From a virus, in IMG/VR virus record IMGVR_UViG_3300021338_000004, positions 13,176 to 77,175 of that record: a stretch of DNA of 64,000 nucleotides, one strand, 5' to 3'. A program made the position numbers and the translations under genes. Below are positions 42,281-51,105 of the stretch, one piece after another. The notes under the pieces were generated by a model, which saw only the letters and a program-made list of their open reading frames with translations, made no database searches and was not told the DNA's origin. Position 1 is the stretch's first letter; each line of letters starts with the position of its first letter.

Positions 42281-42387
42281 GGAGCTTTATCGCCCTCCCT
42301 TATGACACACAACAACCTGGTACTGCATATAGTCGCTCTCCAGCAAAAAAGAGACGACGACACCGGGAAGCATCGCCGTCCCGGTCC

Positions 42388-42933
42388 TTACGTGCTTGCA
42401 GAATCTGCTTCCAGCACACCTGCAAATCGACTTGCCGTTTGAAGTTTTGCCAGGAGCTCATCATTTCTTTTGGTCAGATCAGCGTTGGCTCTCTCCAGGT
42501 GCTCATTGTGTCCTTTCAGTTTCTGGAGATCTTCTTTCAGGGCCCTGTTGGATTTACGCATGGCGCTAAGCTCATCTGTAAGACGACTCACCTCCTGATC
42601 GAAATGGGCACGATCCTCTTCGGCTTGGCGTTCATACTCTTCCACCAGCCTTGTGCACTGGTCTCTCAATAGCTCATTACTGGCTTGCGCTTCCTTGCGC
42701 ACGGTTTCCATCATGGTGCTCTGTATTTTCACCAGCGTTTCAGCGGCCTTAACATGAGCATCCTCTGCCTGGGCATGTTTTAAGCCAGCATCAGCGGCGT
42801 TCACTTTACGACCACCCCAATAAGCCCAAAAGCCAGTAGCACCCACCACTGCCGAGACAAGCGACGCCACGCCTAAAATTAATTCAGGCTTAGTGCTCCA
42901 CAGCAGAGGAAGAGTTGTCACCGGATCGGACAT
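42388..42933 (-). CDS. Membrane-anchored coiled-coil protein in the lysis cassette
   Basis: Likely start MSDPV (42933); N-terminal TM then coiled coil. Confidence 0.6.
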   Translation of the reverse strand: MSDPVTTLPLLWSTKPELILGVASLVSAVVGATGFWAYWGGRKVNAADAGLKHAQAEDAHVKAAETLVKIQSTMMETVRKEAQASNELLRDQCTRLVEEYERQAEEDRAHFDQEVSRLTDELSAMRKSNRALKEDLQKLKGHNEHLERANADLTKRNDELLAKLQTASRFAGVLEADSAST

Positions 42934-43198
42934 CTTGGCTATTCCCCCATTCCCGGATGCTGCGCTTGTCGATGTTGCAGGCTTTGAGCGCGGCTTCCAG
43001 TCGATCCACTCTCTCCAGCAACGCGCCATTCGTCAGCCCTTGGAGCTGAGGTATTGGCGTTTCCAGCGTGTACCGTTCGGGCACCAGCACTTTCCGCATC
43101 TCCGTTTTGGGGATGTGAACCGTTTTCACCGGTCCCGAGCTGCATCCGGTACACAAAATCAGGCAAAGGCTGATCAGCCCAAATGCGGTATTCGTCAT
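42890..43198 (-). CDS. o-spanin (Rz1-like lipoprotein)
   Basis: Lipobox-like LCTGC; ALKACNIDK; overlaps the i-spanin gene. Confidence 0.85.
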   Translation of the reverse strand: MTNTAFGLISLCLILCTGCSSGPVKTVHIPKTEMRKVLVPERYTLETPIPQLQGLTNGALLERVDRLEAALKACNIDKRSIREWGNSQDVRSGDNSSSAVEH

Positions 43199-43502
43199 CA
43201 GTGTCTTTCTCCTGTCTAAGACGGTTCAGCCGATCCTGAAGCTGCGCATTATTTTTTTGATGGTTAGCTTCCCGTTGAGCATTGATACGGCGCTCATTAG
43301 CCTGCTGCACCAGCAGCCGGTTTATTTCATGCGCCTGCTCATTCAGAGTGTTCAGACTCCAGTCCCGTACTAACTCCAGCTGTGCTTTATCTGCCTGCAG
43401 CTGACTGACTTCCCCTTCCAGGTTTCCTTTGGCCACAACTTGCCAGCCAAAAACAGCGGACAGGATGGCAAGCCCGCCAGCCACCATGCGAAATCTAGTC
43501 AT
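42939..43502 (-). CDS. i-spanin (Rz-like)
   Basis: N-terminal TM, coiled coil, WADQPLP motif; ATG 43502 overlaps the endolysin stop. Confidence 0.8.
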   Translation of the reverse strand: MTRFRMVAGGLAILSAVFGWQVVAKGNLEGEVSQLQADKAQLELVRDWSLNTLNEQAHEINRLLVQQANERRINAQREANHQKNNAQLQDRLNRLRQEKDTDDEYRIWADQPLPDFVYRMQLGTGENGSHPQNGDAESAGARTVHAGNANTSAPRADEWRVAGESGSTGSRAQSLQHRQAQHPGMGE

Positions 43503-44083
43503 ACCCTCACCTTCATGCGCAGAAAGAAGCGCCAAATACGCCTAACGTATGTCAGCGTTTCTTTTGAGTGATGACCGGTAACTGCAGGCAGACACTTTGA
43601 TATGCCGTCGTAGGTCCGTTTCCCACCGCATAGCTTTTGTGCCTTGAGAAGATTGCCGAAACCGGCGTTATACGATGCCATTGCAAGGCTGTGACGGTCC
43701 TTTTCAGGTCGCGGGCTGCTCCAGCCTTTGCGAAGACGCGCCATGTAGTACGCGGAAGCCTGGATGTTATGGTGCTCACTGAACACCGACACCCCAGCAA
43801 ACCCCATAGCAGTACTCACATCAGCCCATGTCCCCGGCATAAACTGCCCCAATCCTTTGGCTCCTACCGGCGACACCGCATATGGCTTTAACAGGCTTTC
43901 CTGGTAGAGCTGTGCTTTCAGCAATCGCCAGTCAAGACCAGGTAACCACATGCGCGCAGCATCTTTGATTTGAGCGTCGTAACGATCAGGAAAGTGCGTT
44001 GCTGACAAGGTAGGCGACACCCAGAAAACGCAGCCCGTAATAAAGAGCCAGATCCGAATATTTGCCTTTAGTTTTCGCATCAT
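43499..44083 (-). CDS. Endolysin, SLT-type lytic transglycosylase with N-terminal signal/SAR segment
   Basis: QES catalytic motif, GAKGLGQFMP, ASYNAG, ETLTYV. Confidence 0.92.
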   Translation of the reverse strand: MMRKLKANIRIWLFITGCVFWVSPTLSATHFPDRYDAQIKDAARMWLPGLDWRLLKAQLYQESLLKPYAVSPVGAKGLGQFMPGTWADVSTAMGFAGVSVFSEHHNIQASAYYMARLRKGWSSPRPEKDRHSLAMASYNAGFGNLLKAQKLCGGKRTYDGISKCLPAVTGHHSKETLTYVRRIWRFFLRMKVRV

Positions 44084-44237
44084 TAACCCACTCCTTAAAT
44101 GAGACGCCCGCCAGGCGATCGAAATAGCGCAGCACCTGCGTTGAGATAACCAGGGCCACCAGCAGCAAAGCCATCTTCAGCAACGAGCCGAAGATGAACA
44201 CATCGTTCATAAAGTCCGACGAGATCGGTCCATCCAT
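43986..44237 (-). CDS. Putative holin (2 TM)
   Basis: 83 aa, hydrophobic, GAGG RBS, directly upstream of the endolysin. Confidence 0.65.
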   Translation of the reverse strand: MDGPISSDFMNDVFIFGSLLKMALLLVALVISTQVLRYFDRLAGVSFKEWVNDAKTKGKYSDLALYYGLRFLGVAYLVSNALS

Positions 44238-44526
44238 AAGAATTCACCTCAAATTGAGTTAGGACGACTGCACCATGCAGCCGCTCGACGACATCTCACC
44301 AGTTCCAGGTGACTAACTCATCTAAAGAAAAATTTGTAGGACCATTGTTCCTATATAAAAAACTCAAATAATTTGTTCATTGCACAAATTTTATGTATTT
44401 TAAATAGGCAACTTGATGGAAAAAGGAGTGGGTTTCAGCGAATGACGAGCCGCCACGCTAACACGCGGCGAATAACGAGACTCACAACAAAAAAATATTG
44501 TGTAAGTAGGAAGTAAGGAGAAAGAC

Positions 44527-45048
44527 ATGTTGATTTTGACCCGCCGAGTTGGCGAAACACTGATGGTTGGCGATGAGGTATCCGTCACCGTGCTTGGCGT
44601 TAAAGGAAACCAGGTTCGAATCGGGGTTAATGCCCCCAAAGATGTGCCCGTGCACCGGGAAGAGATCTATCGCCGGATTCAGGATGGTTGCAACCAGCCA
44701 CTATCCGGCACAAAGCCAAAGGGCGGCTTTAAAAAGGGAGATTATGTTTCGCTTCAAGGAACACCTATCTCCACTCCCATTCTGGATGTTGAAAAAGGCG
44801 TAGACGGTACGCTCACTCTTGGGGACGGCTCAACCGCGAAAGCCAGTCAATGCACCCTGCTCTGGCGACCATTCAAGATGGGCGATATGTCAGTAACGCA
44901 GCCCGGCAACCAGCGCCACGCAATCGCTAACCAACGCGACATTGATAGCGGCAATAAATTCGATCAGGGATTGGGCTCATTCCCGCTTGTGCATGAAAAC
45001 ACGTCATGGCGTGGAAGCCCTAAATGGCAAAGCACGGCGTGTCGCTGA
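44527..45048 (+). CDS. csrA: CsrA/RsmA carbon storage regulator homologue with a C-terminal extension of about 115 aa
   Basis: [48 protein letters not shown]. Confidence 0.93.
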   Translation: MLILTRRVGETLMVGDEVSVTVLGVKGNQVRIGVNAPKDVPVHREEIYRRIQDGCNQPLSGTKPKGGFKKGDYVSLQGTPISTPILDVEKGVDGTLTLGDGSTAKASQCTLLWRPFKMGDMSVTQPGNQRHAIANQRDIDSGNKFDQGLGSFPLVHENTSWRGSPKWQSTACR

Positions 45049-45130
45049 AACGCGGCACTGCCTGGGTGAAATGAAAACGGCGGGGATTGCGGCCCCGCCG
45101 TAAAGACACAACCAAAATAAGGGATCGGAT

Positions 45131-45286
45131 ATGTCTCTGAAACTGGATTCTAGCACACTGCGGGAACTCCCCGTAGCGATGATCAAAGAGATCTCTCGCA
45201 ACCCGCAGTATCGCCGCTTGCTTGAAAAGCATGCTGAAAGCCACCCCGCAATCGCGGAACACCTTCTACGCACAATCGCCGCCTAG
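45131..45286 (+). CDS. Small hypothetical protein (51 aa, MSLKLDSSTLRELP...)
   Basis: Hand-translated; AAGGGA RBS; flanked by hairpins. Confidence 0.45.
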   Translation: MSLKLDSSTLRELPVAMIKEISRNPQYRRLLEKHAESHPAIAEHLLRTIAA

Positions 45287-45474
45287 AAGGGACCGCCCCG
45301 GTGTTGAATTGGCAGTCACACCGGGGCGAGAACCACCCGGAAGAAAGGACTTTCTATGCAATCCCGACTGATTCTAACCAGAAATCATAACAGTCCGTTC
45401 TATCCGAAAACACCTAAAAGCCCACTTTGTCGCTGTGGTTTTTAGATTTTTCACACTTAATCAAAGGACTGGCT

Positions 45475-46413
45475 ATGTCTACTACTCAAATTGAGGGCAA
45501 GCAATACCCTGCCCGCCCAACCATCTTTGATCCTCATGTTGAGAAATCAGCATGGGAAAGTATCGCGCCTCGCTTAGCTGAATGGATGGGCACCACTGAA
45601 ACCCAAGCTGTTGATCGCGCACTCAGACAGCGCGTCACATTTTCCTTGAATGAAGACGCATACGAAATTGCAAAAGGCCTTGAAAAGGGCGGTTGGGACA
45701 CTGACAGAGACCTTCTCGACATATTAGAAGGTATGGACACTTGGTCAGCCGTACGGCGCGCCGAAGAAGCCTGGATAGAACAAAACAATATCTCCTCCTC
45801 TTGCCGACTCCACCAGCTGGTAGAAATACATCGATTTTCCGCTAAATGTGGTCGCGTCATCGGAGAAATTACCGATATTCACCCGAAGACAGGCAAAGTA
45901 GATGTATTCCTACCCCAACGAGGTTTTGTGCGAAAGGGCTCAGGCACCCATAGCACCCTTATCAACATAGAGGACATCACCTGCATTCCTCTGTCTTGCT
46001 TTGATCACCTTGAAGCACCGGTCATGAACGGCGAACGACGCTACCAGCTTCGCCCCCGGGACTTCATCTTGGTTAAGCCTCCAGGCTTCCCCCCCCGCCT
46101 TGAAATAGTGAAAACGGTACGCAATGCACAAGTCTACTTCGCCCAGATGCGAGACGACGCATACTCTAAGTCCCTGTATACCTTCGTGATCGATCACGCT
46201 CATGAGCAGCATTGCACGTTACTCGCTCGCCCAATTCTTGAAGGCGACGCCTTCGAGCAGCTGGAAAACGGTAGCTGGTCGGATGTGGATTGCAGCCTAT
46301 ACAGCGACCGCAAGTTAGAAGAACTGCGGGCCGCTAACGGCTTCACAACGCGCTTAAAAGACGCCAGCACGCGAGGCGACTTCCACATTGCCCAGCAGCT
46401 ATCGGTAGAGTGA
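45475..46413 (+). CDS. Hypothetical phage protein
   Basis: Likely start MSTTQ with AAGGA RBS. Confidence 0.7.
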   Translation: MSTTQIEGKQYPARPTIFDPHVEKSAWESIAPRLAEWMGTTETQAVDRALRQRVTFSLNEDAYEIAKGLEKGGWDTDRDLLDILEGMDTWSAVRRAEEAWIEQNNISSSCRLHQLVEIHRFSAKCGRVIGEITDIHPKTGKVDVFLPQRGFVRKGSGTHSTLINIEDITCIPLSCFDHLEAPVMNGERRYQLRPRDFILVKPPGFPPRLEIVKTVRNAQVYFAQMRDDAYSKSLYTFVIDHAHEQHCTLLARPILEGDAFEQLENGSWSDVDCSLYSDRKLEELRAANGFTTRLKDASTRGDFHIAQQLSVE

Positions 46414-46904
46414 GGACTCTAGGAATGAAACGACAATCCCCAAGCACAGCGGCGATGGTACGCCGCGTTAAAGAATTCCTGAAAGGCCGCTCAGATGCAT
46501 CTCAGCTGTCGTACGACAAAATCATGACTGAGACCAAAGCAACTCGCTATGCGGTCACTAAAGCCAAGCGAGACATGGGCCTGCTTGCATCTCAGCTAAA
46601 AATCAAAAAAGAGGCTCAAGCCAATGGGAAGCTTCCTGACGACCGAATGAAAGAGCTGAGAAAAGTCGCGCTGTATCAGCGACGCAATTACACCAGCGCA
46701 GAAAAGACCGCTCACATTGTCGCTGAACAATATGGACTGACTCATTCCGGTGAAATCAAAAAGCTGACATCGTACATACAAACTCAATATTCACCGCATG
46801 ACAAAATCGGCATGTCTACCATGGCGCTGCGCGTCCCGTTTTCTGAGTTCGGAAAGCTCGTTTCCATTGGTGAAGAGAAGCTTTTACTGGGAGGCACAGC
46901 ATGA
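46410..46904 (+). CDS. Hypothetical basic protein (possible HTH)
   Basis: Translationally coupled operon gene. Confidence 0.65.
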   Translation: MRTLGMKRQSPSTAAMVRRVKEFLKGRSDASQLSYDKIMTETKATRYAVTKAKRDMGLLASQLKIKKEAQANGKLPDDRMKELRKVALYQRRNYTSAEKTAHIVAEQYGLTHSGEIKKLTSYIQTQYSPHDKIGMSTMALRVPFSEFGKLVSIGEEKLLLGGTA

Positions 46905-47344
46905 CATCTACCACCGACCTTGATCCACGCATGGCGGCCCGTGCCATCCTGGAACGAAACGCCACGTTAGAGCAGATCGAATCCTACATTAACTGGAAAA
47001 AGCGCTGCCATGCTGGCGATGTATGTGAAGGAGTCATGCACCTGCTGTTAGGCGTAGTCCGGCTTCAGAAGCAACAAATACAAGCACTCGAAGAAAAGCA
47101 GCTATCTCAGCTTTTGGAAATCGAAGACCTTAAAACCAGCAAGCTCTGCACTGATGGGATCCCAACGTTCTATCTCTCTGCAGAACACGCACCGGTCACG
47201 CACCGCCTGAGTGAAAACGATATCCCCATCTGGTGCAAATCTGCCGATGATGGAATGAAAGCGATCGATCTGATTCAAGAGCTGATTACTCAGAGTGAGA
47301 ACCTGCAAGCCAATTCACCAGAACTGGAGGCATACAATGTGTAA
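46901..47344 (+). CDS. Hypothetical protein
   Basis: GGAGG RBS, ATGA overlap. Confidence 0.65.
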   Translation: MTSTTDLDPRMAARAILERNATLEQIESYINWKKRCHAGDVCEGVMHLLLGVVRLQKQQIQALEEKQLSQLLEIEDLKTSKLCTDGIPTFYLSAEHAPVTHRLSENDIPIWCKSADDGMKAIDLIQELITQSENLQANSPELEAYNV

Positions 47345-48317
47345 CCCCCCCAAGAAATGCCCGTTTTGCGCTGTCCTTCCGTCTTTTTTCGGGGAAAACG
47401 TTGCGTGCACCACTGAAGATTGCCCGTTGTGTGAAATTTCTTTCACATTGGAGGAGTGGAACACTCGGCGCACTCTGGAGGGCGAGCTTGCTGAAACGCT
47501 GCAGGAACACAAACGTTTGCATGCAGAACTGTCGGACGCACTGGAGTACGGCGCGGATTCGCCGTCACTATGCGACCTAGTAACAGATGTCCGCAAGCTG
47601 TTCGTTGAGCATTTTCAGCTGCAGGAACACCTAAAACGCTTTGATATCTTCGTTGAAGTCGGCAAAGAAATCCTTCGTCAGGATAACCGCTACACCGACC
47701 AACCGATGTTCCAGGTGCGTCAGCGAAAGCGCGTTTGGGGCTTTGATCCCAACAACCATGATCCAGAAAAAGTGATCTGGCTGAATGCAGAGAATGACTA
47801 CAGCGAGGCTGATACCAAAGAGACATACCGCCTGAACCAATTGCATGATGACGGTGAAGACACCCATCCCTGGCTTAGAACCGGTTACGAGGATTACATG
47901 AAGGTGGTAACCACTTGCTTCACGGAGAAAGGCTGCAAAGCTCATATGGAGATCAACGGGCATAACCTCAAACAGCCTGAGATCTATGCAGAAGGCAGTT
48001 TCCGCAACGTCGAATACCAAGCGTTACGTAATGCCATGATAGATATTGCACGTAATACACCAGCTACTCGTATTGGCTCTTTTCGGCATTTAACAGACTT
48101 GACAGCATTCGCTAACGAAATATTTCAGATCAGCCGGGAAGATTGCAGCGCTGACGCCAGCACGATTCAAAGGCTTGGCATCAAACATGGCCTACTGAAA
48201 GAATCTGAACGAACTTCCTCTTATGGAGCTCACTGCGCATGCAAAGACGCCACTATTTCTTTTCCGACTACTTGTGATCTCATCACATACACTCAGGAGG
48301 TGCCACATGGCGAATAA
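47337..48317 (+). CDS. Mosaic phage early protein: N-terminal CPFC zinc ribbon (Lar-like) plus Ead/Ea22-family-like domain
   Basis: KKCPFC...CTTEDC; QDNRYTDQPMF...CFTEKGCK..NGHNL..P.IY. Confidence 0.6.
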   Translation: MCNPPKKCPFCAVLPSFFGENVACTTEDCPLCEISFTLEEWNTRRTLEGELAETLQEHKRLHAELSDALEYGADSPSLCDLVTDVRKLFVEHFQLQEHLKRFDIFVEVGKEILRQDNRYTDQPMFQVRQRKRVWGFDPNNHDPEKVIWLNAENDYSEADTKETYRLNQLHDDGEDTHPWLRTGYEDYMKVVTTCFTEKGCKAHMEINGHNLKQPEIYAEGSFRNVEYQALRNAMIDIARNTPATRIGSFRHLTDLTAFANEIFQISREDCSADASTIQRLGIKHGLLKESERTSSYGAHCACKDATISFPTTCDLITYTQEVPHGE

Positions 48318-48891
48318 AGCAAGTGTAGCCTGGGTGGGCACAGATTATGAAGGCTGCGGCATCGTTGTTTTTCACCATCATGGGCTCGCTGCTCGCCGCC
48401 TTGCAGCAGAAGCCAAAGGGGAAGACTTTGACAGCATAGAGCTTCGTCGTGCTCCTGAGTTTGATCAATACGCCAACCAAGGCTATGTCCCACAAATGGA
48501 CCTTATTCGGGCAGGCTGGTGGTTTGAGTGCGCACACTGTGCAGCTCGCATTGATGAGGAGCACACACCTCTTCATCAAATCGTTCAGGAAGAGGAGGCG
48601 TTGTTTTGCAGTAAAGCATGTAAAGCCGCCCGAGACCAAGGGATACAAGACGTAAACGACCGATTTGAAGCGTTCAAGGAAAAGGTTCAAGCCCTACGCC
48701 CCGATCTGACATTCACAAGCTTTCGCGGTGGCTGGCCCATGACTAACATGAGTGCAGCATTTTCATTCCCAGGGATGCAGCACAACGCTTCTGTACATGA
48801 AGACAAAGGCCAGCTCACCTGGTGGATATCAGGCGAAGATCAGGACGCCTGGGATCAATATGAAGCATCACGAACCGCGAGCAATGAATAA
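48307..48891 (+). CDS. Hypothetical phage protein with Cys motifs
   Basis: AGGAGG RBS; GWWFECAHC...FCSKAC. Confidence 0.7.
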   Translation: MANKASVAWVGTDYEGCGIVVFHHHGLAARRLAAEAKGEDFDSIELRRAPEFDQYANQGYVPQMDLIRAGWWFECAHCAARIDEEHTPLHQIVQEEEALFCSKACKAARDQGIQDVNDRFEAFKEKVQALRPDLTFTSFRGGWPMTNMSAAFSFPGMQHNASVHEDKGQLTWWISGEDQDAWDQYEASRTASNE

Positions 48892-48952
48892 ATCTGTTCA
48901 ATGAACAAAAACGCGCTACACTAATGGGACTGCAACAAAGAAGCGTAAGGCT

Positions 48953-49192
48953 ATGACGAATAACGAAAAACTGATCATTATTCAGCGCAAACTGGGATTG
49001 CGAGCAGAGAATATTGCAACAGCGACACTCTCCTCAGTTCAAACCGTTTACGGCTGGCGCCAACCAGTGGATTCTGATCGTCACCGCGGCATGAGAGATC
49101 AGCCGTACAAGCTGCTGACTGACTGGCTAATCCAGGAAGGAAAAGCCAGCTCTATCGATGAAATAAACGCTTTGCTTCAGGACGCCGCATAA
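48953..49192 (+). CDS. Small HTH (Xre-like) protein
   Basis: IATATLSSVQTVYGWR. Confidence 0.6.
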   Translation: MTNNEKLIIIQRKLGLRAENIATATLSSVQTVYGWRQPVDSDRHRGMRDQPYKLLTDWLIQEGKASSIDEINALLQDAA

Positions 49193-49196
49193 AGAT

Positions 49197-49226
49197 AAGG
49201 GGCGGATGTATTATTCCGCCCCTTTT
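49197..49226 (+). terminator. Rho-independent terminator
   Basis: AAGGGGCGGA...TCCGCCCCTTTT. Confidence 0.75.
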
Positions 49227-49744
49227 GACCATCCCCGGACTGTTAAAGCCCGTACCAGCAAATCCAACCCGCTACCATCTTTAGCCATCTTGGTATCAAG
49301 TCGTATCACCAGCCATCCAAGTATTGCAGCTTCACCATACTTCTTACAATCTTCACCGAAGCCTGATGGCGTTAGGTGTCGACTTTTCTGCTGGACCTTT
49401 TCGCCGCTTTCATTCGTTCGCGTCCGCCCATGGGTAAAGACCCCTCCTTCAAGTTCCACCGCAACGTTGTAATCAGGCCAGGCAAAGTCAAATCTCCAAC
49501 GACGTGTTGGGTGAAACCTGAGTTCGTTATCCCCCCAAAGCGGCTCCGGCAAACCTTCACTTAAACAAAGCAGGTAAAAATCATGCTCCAGACCACTTGA
49601 GCGCCCTTTCCCGGGCTTTTTTGAATTACTGCCAGTCTTTCCACTGCCAACAGCTTTAGATGCTGTAGCGGCTCTGTAAGCCTTCAGAATCTTTTTGGAT
49701 CCTGTGGTGTTCAGTCGCTCCAGATCGTTAACGGACAGTCTCAC
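49211..49744 (-). CDS. PD-(D/E)xK endonuclease (Vsr/DUF559-like phage protein)
   Basis: RFHPTRRWRFDFAWP..VAVELEGG...DCKKY.EAAILGW. Confidence 0.8.
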   Translation of the reverse strand: MRLSVNDLERLNTTGSKKILKAYRAATASKAVGSGKTGSNSKKPGKGRSSGLEHDFYLLCLSEGLPEPLWGDNELRFHPTRRWRFDFAWPDYNVAVELEGGVFTHGRTRTNESGEKVQQKSRHLTPSGFGEDCKKYGEAAILGWLVIRLDTKMAKDGSGLDLLVRALTVRGWSKGAE

Positions 49745-49745
49745 G

Positions 49746-50252
49746 CTAAAGCTTCAGCGGTTTTACCTCAAACCCTGCCAGCTCCAACCAGGAACGCCAT
49801 GTCGGGTACGCAATACTCCTGGATTCGCCTTCAATCGCTATGTAGTAGCGTACCGCCCTTGCTGACATGCCGATTTTGCGTGCGATCGCTTCTCCGCTAG
49901 CTCGATCGCCATGGTCATTTTCCATCACCTGGCGCAATCCTTTGGCCATGTAGATAGTAGGTGATCGCCAGCGCTTATACTGGAGTTCTTCTGGTAACGC
50001 CCAGACCTTATCCCGACGTTCTTCGACGCTCTCTCGGTCAACATCCCAGCGTATTGATGACAATGTGCTGAAGCATGCGTTCGGTACGTCCTCCTGCTTT
50101 GTTGAGTGAACATACACCCAGCCCTTTCTAGGCGTACGCATTCGACAGAGCTCAAAGTAATGCGTTTCAGCCTCAACGGGATCATCAGTTTCAAGGCGCT
50201 CATGGCGCTCATGGCTATCTTCACCTTGCCAGTACACACGGTAGGCTTTCAT
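49746..50252 (-). CDS. Hypothetical protein with C-terminal HTH (KorC-like)
   Basis: SGEAIARKIGMSARAVRYY...IAYPTWRSWLELAG. Confidence 0.55.
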   Translation of the reverse strand: MKAYRVYWQGEDSHERHERLETDDPVEAETHYFELCRMRTPRKGWVYVHSTKQEDVPNACFSTLSSIRWDVDRESVEERRDKVWALPEELQYKRWRSPTIYMAKGLRQVMENDHGDRASGEAIARKIGMSARAVRYYIAIEGESRSIAYPTWRSWLELAGFEVKPLKL

Positions 50253-50299
50253 ACGTGTCCTCTTCTGTTTACCTGGAACAGTGTTCCAAGAATTTTTAT

Positions 50300-50610
50300 C
50301 CAGCCACGGCGGTTGTGATTATTATTAATACAATGGTTAAAAGGATAGATATAAAAGAGATTATAAGATGGTTAAGAGGAAAAGTCGTATCTCTGTTTTT
50401 CGATGAATGTTCCCTAAATATCAGGCTTTCAAGCCATTGAAATAGGTCTATTTCTGTTTTTATGATAGGTCCACTTCTGTTAATTGGTAGGCCCATTTGC
50501 GAAAAGCCATAGGTCTATTTCTGTTTTTAGATAGGTCCACTTCTGTAACCCAAACCAAAAACAACAGCTTATCCACGTATTAGGCACATGTTGCCCACCA
50601 GCTATCCACA
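50300..50610. other. Iteron-type plasmid replication origin
   Basis: AT-rich tract; iterons ATAGGTCYAYTTCTGT at 50442, 50465, (50487 degenerate), 50509 and 50531, with 22-23 bp period; DnaA-box-like TTATCCACG (50569) and CTATCCACA (50602). Confidence 0.85.
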
Positions 50611-50622
50611 GGAAACGGGCAT

Positions 50623-50645
50623 AAAAAAGGCGGTAAATACCGCCT
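50623..50645 (-). terminator. Rho-independent terminator shielding the origin
   Basis: AGGCGGT-ATTT-ACCGCCTTTTTT on the minus strand. Confidence 0.75.
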
Positions 50646-50721
50646 CAATTTTATGAATCATCCAACCTACTGATGGCCAGCTATAACTGTATAGCTTCAC
50701 CCTAAGCAAGCCCGCCTCTGC

Positions 50722-50991
50722 TCAATCAACATCGCCCGTTAATTCAAAGAACTCCTTCAATGTCATTTGATGAAGGGCCGGTATGTTCTGCACACACAAC
50801 CCCAGCATATCTGCACCTGGATTAGATCTAGCTGCATTTAGCCGGTTTGAAAACCGCTGCAATTCCTTCCTACTAGGTTCGCTACCGTGAATCGCAATGT
50901 AGAGCTGGCGTAACGGACCGGCAGCTTTTATCGCGCCCGTTGCAGCTCTTATGTACTGATCACCCGCTTCAATTTTTTTGGGCATAACCAC
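50722..50991 (-). CDS. Hypothetical small protein (possible HTH)
   Basis: 89 aa, divergent from the PAPS reductase gene. Confidence 0.55.
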   Translation of the reverse strand: MVMPKKIEAGDQYIRAATGAIKAAGPLRQLYIAIHGSEPSRKELQRFSNRLNAARSNPGADMLGLCVQNIPALHQMTLKEFFELTGDVD

Positions 50992-51105
50992 TCCTTCTCA
51001 GATCAAATGAGGATACTTTTTTTATCGATGCATATCAAAAATGATTTACAAGAAGCGGGCAGCGTGGGTACCATGCATATCATCTTTGATATACAGGAGT
51101 TTAAA

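Noticed and set aside
44292-44324. Late promoter upstream of the holin gene
   Set aside because: TAGATG is present but no convincing -10 hexamer at 20-21 nt
50442-50546. Possible CRISPR array
   Set aside because: 16-bp repeats with 6-7 bp gaps, next to DnaA boxes: iterons, and no cas genes are present
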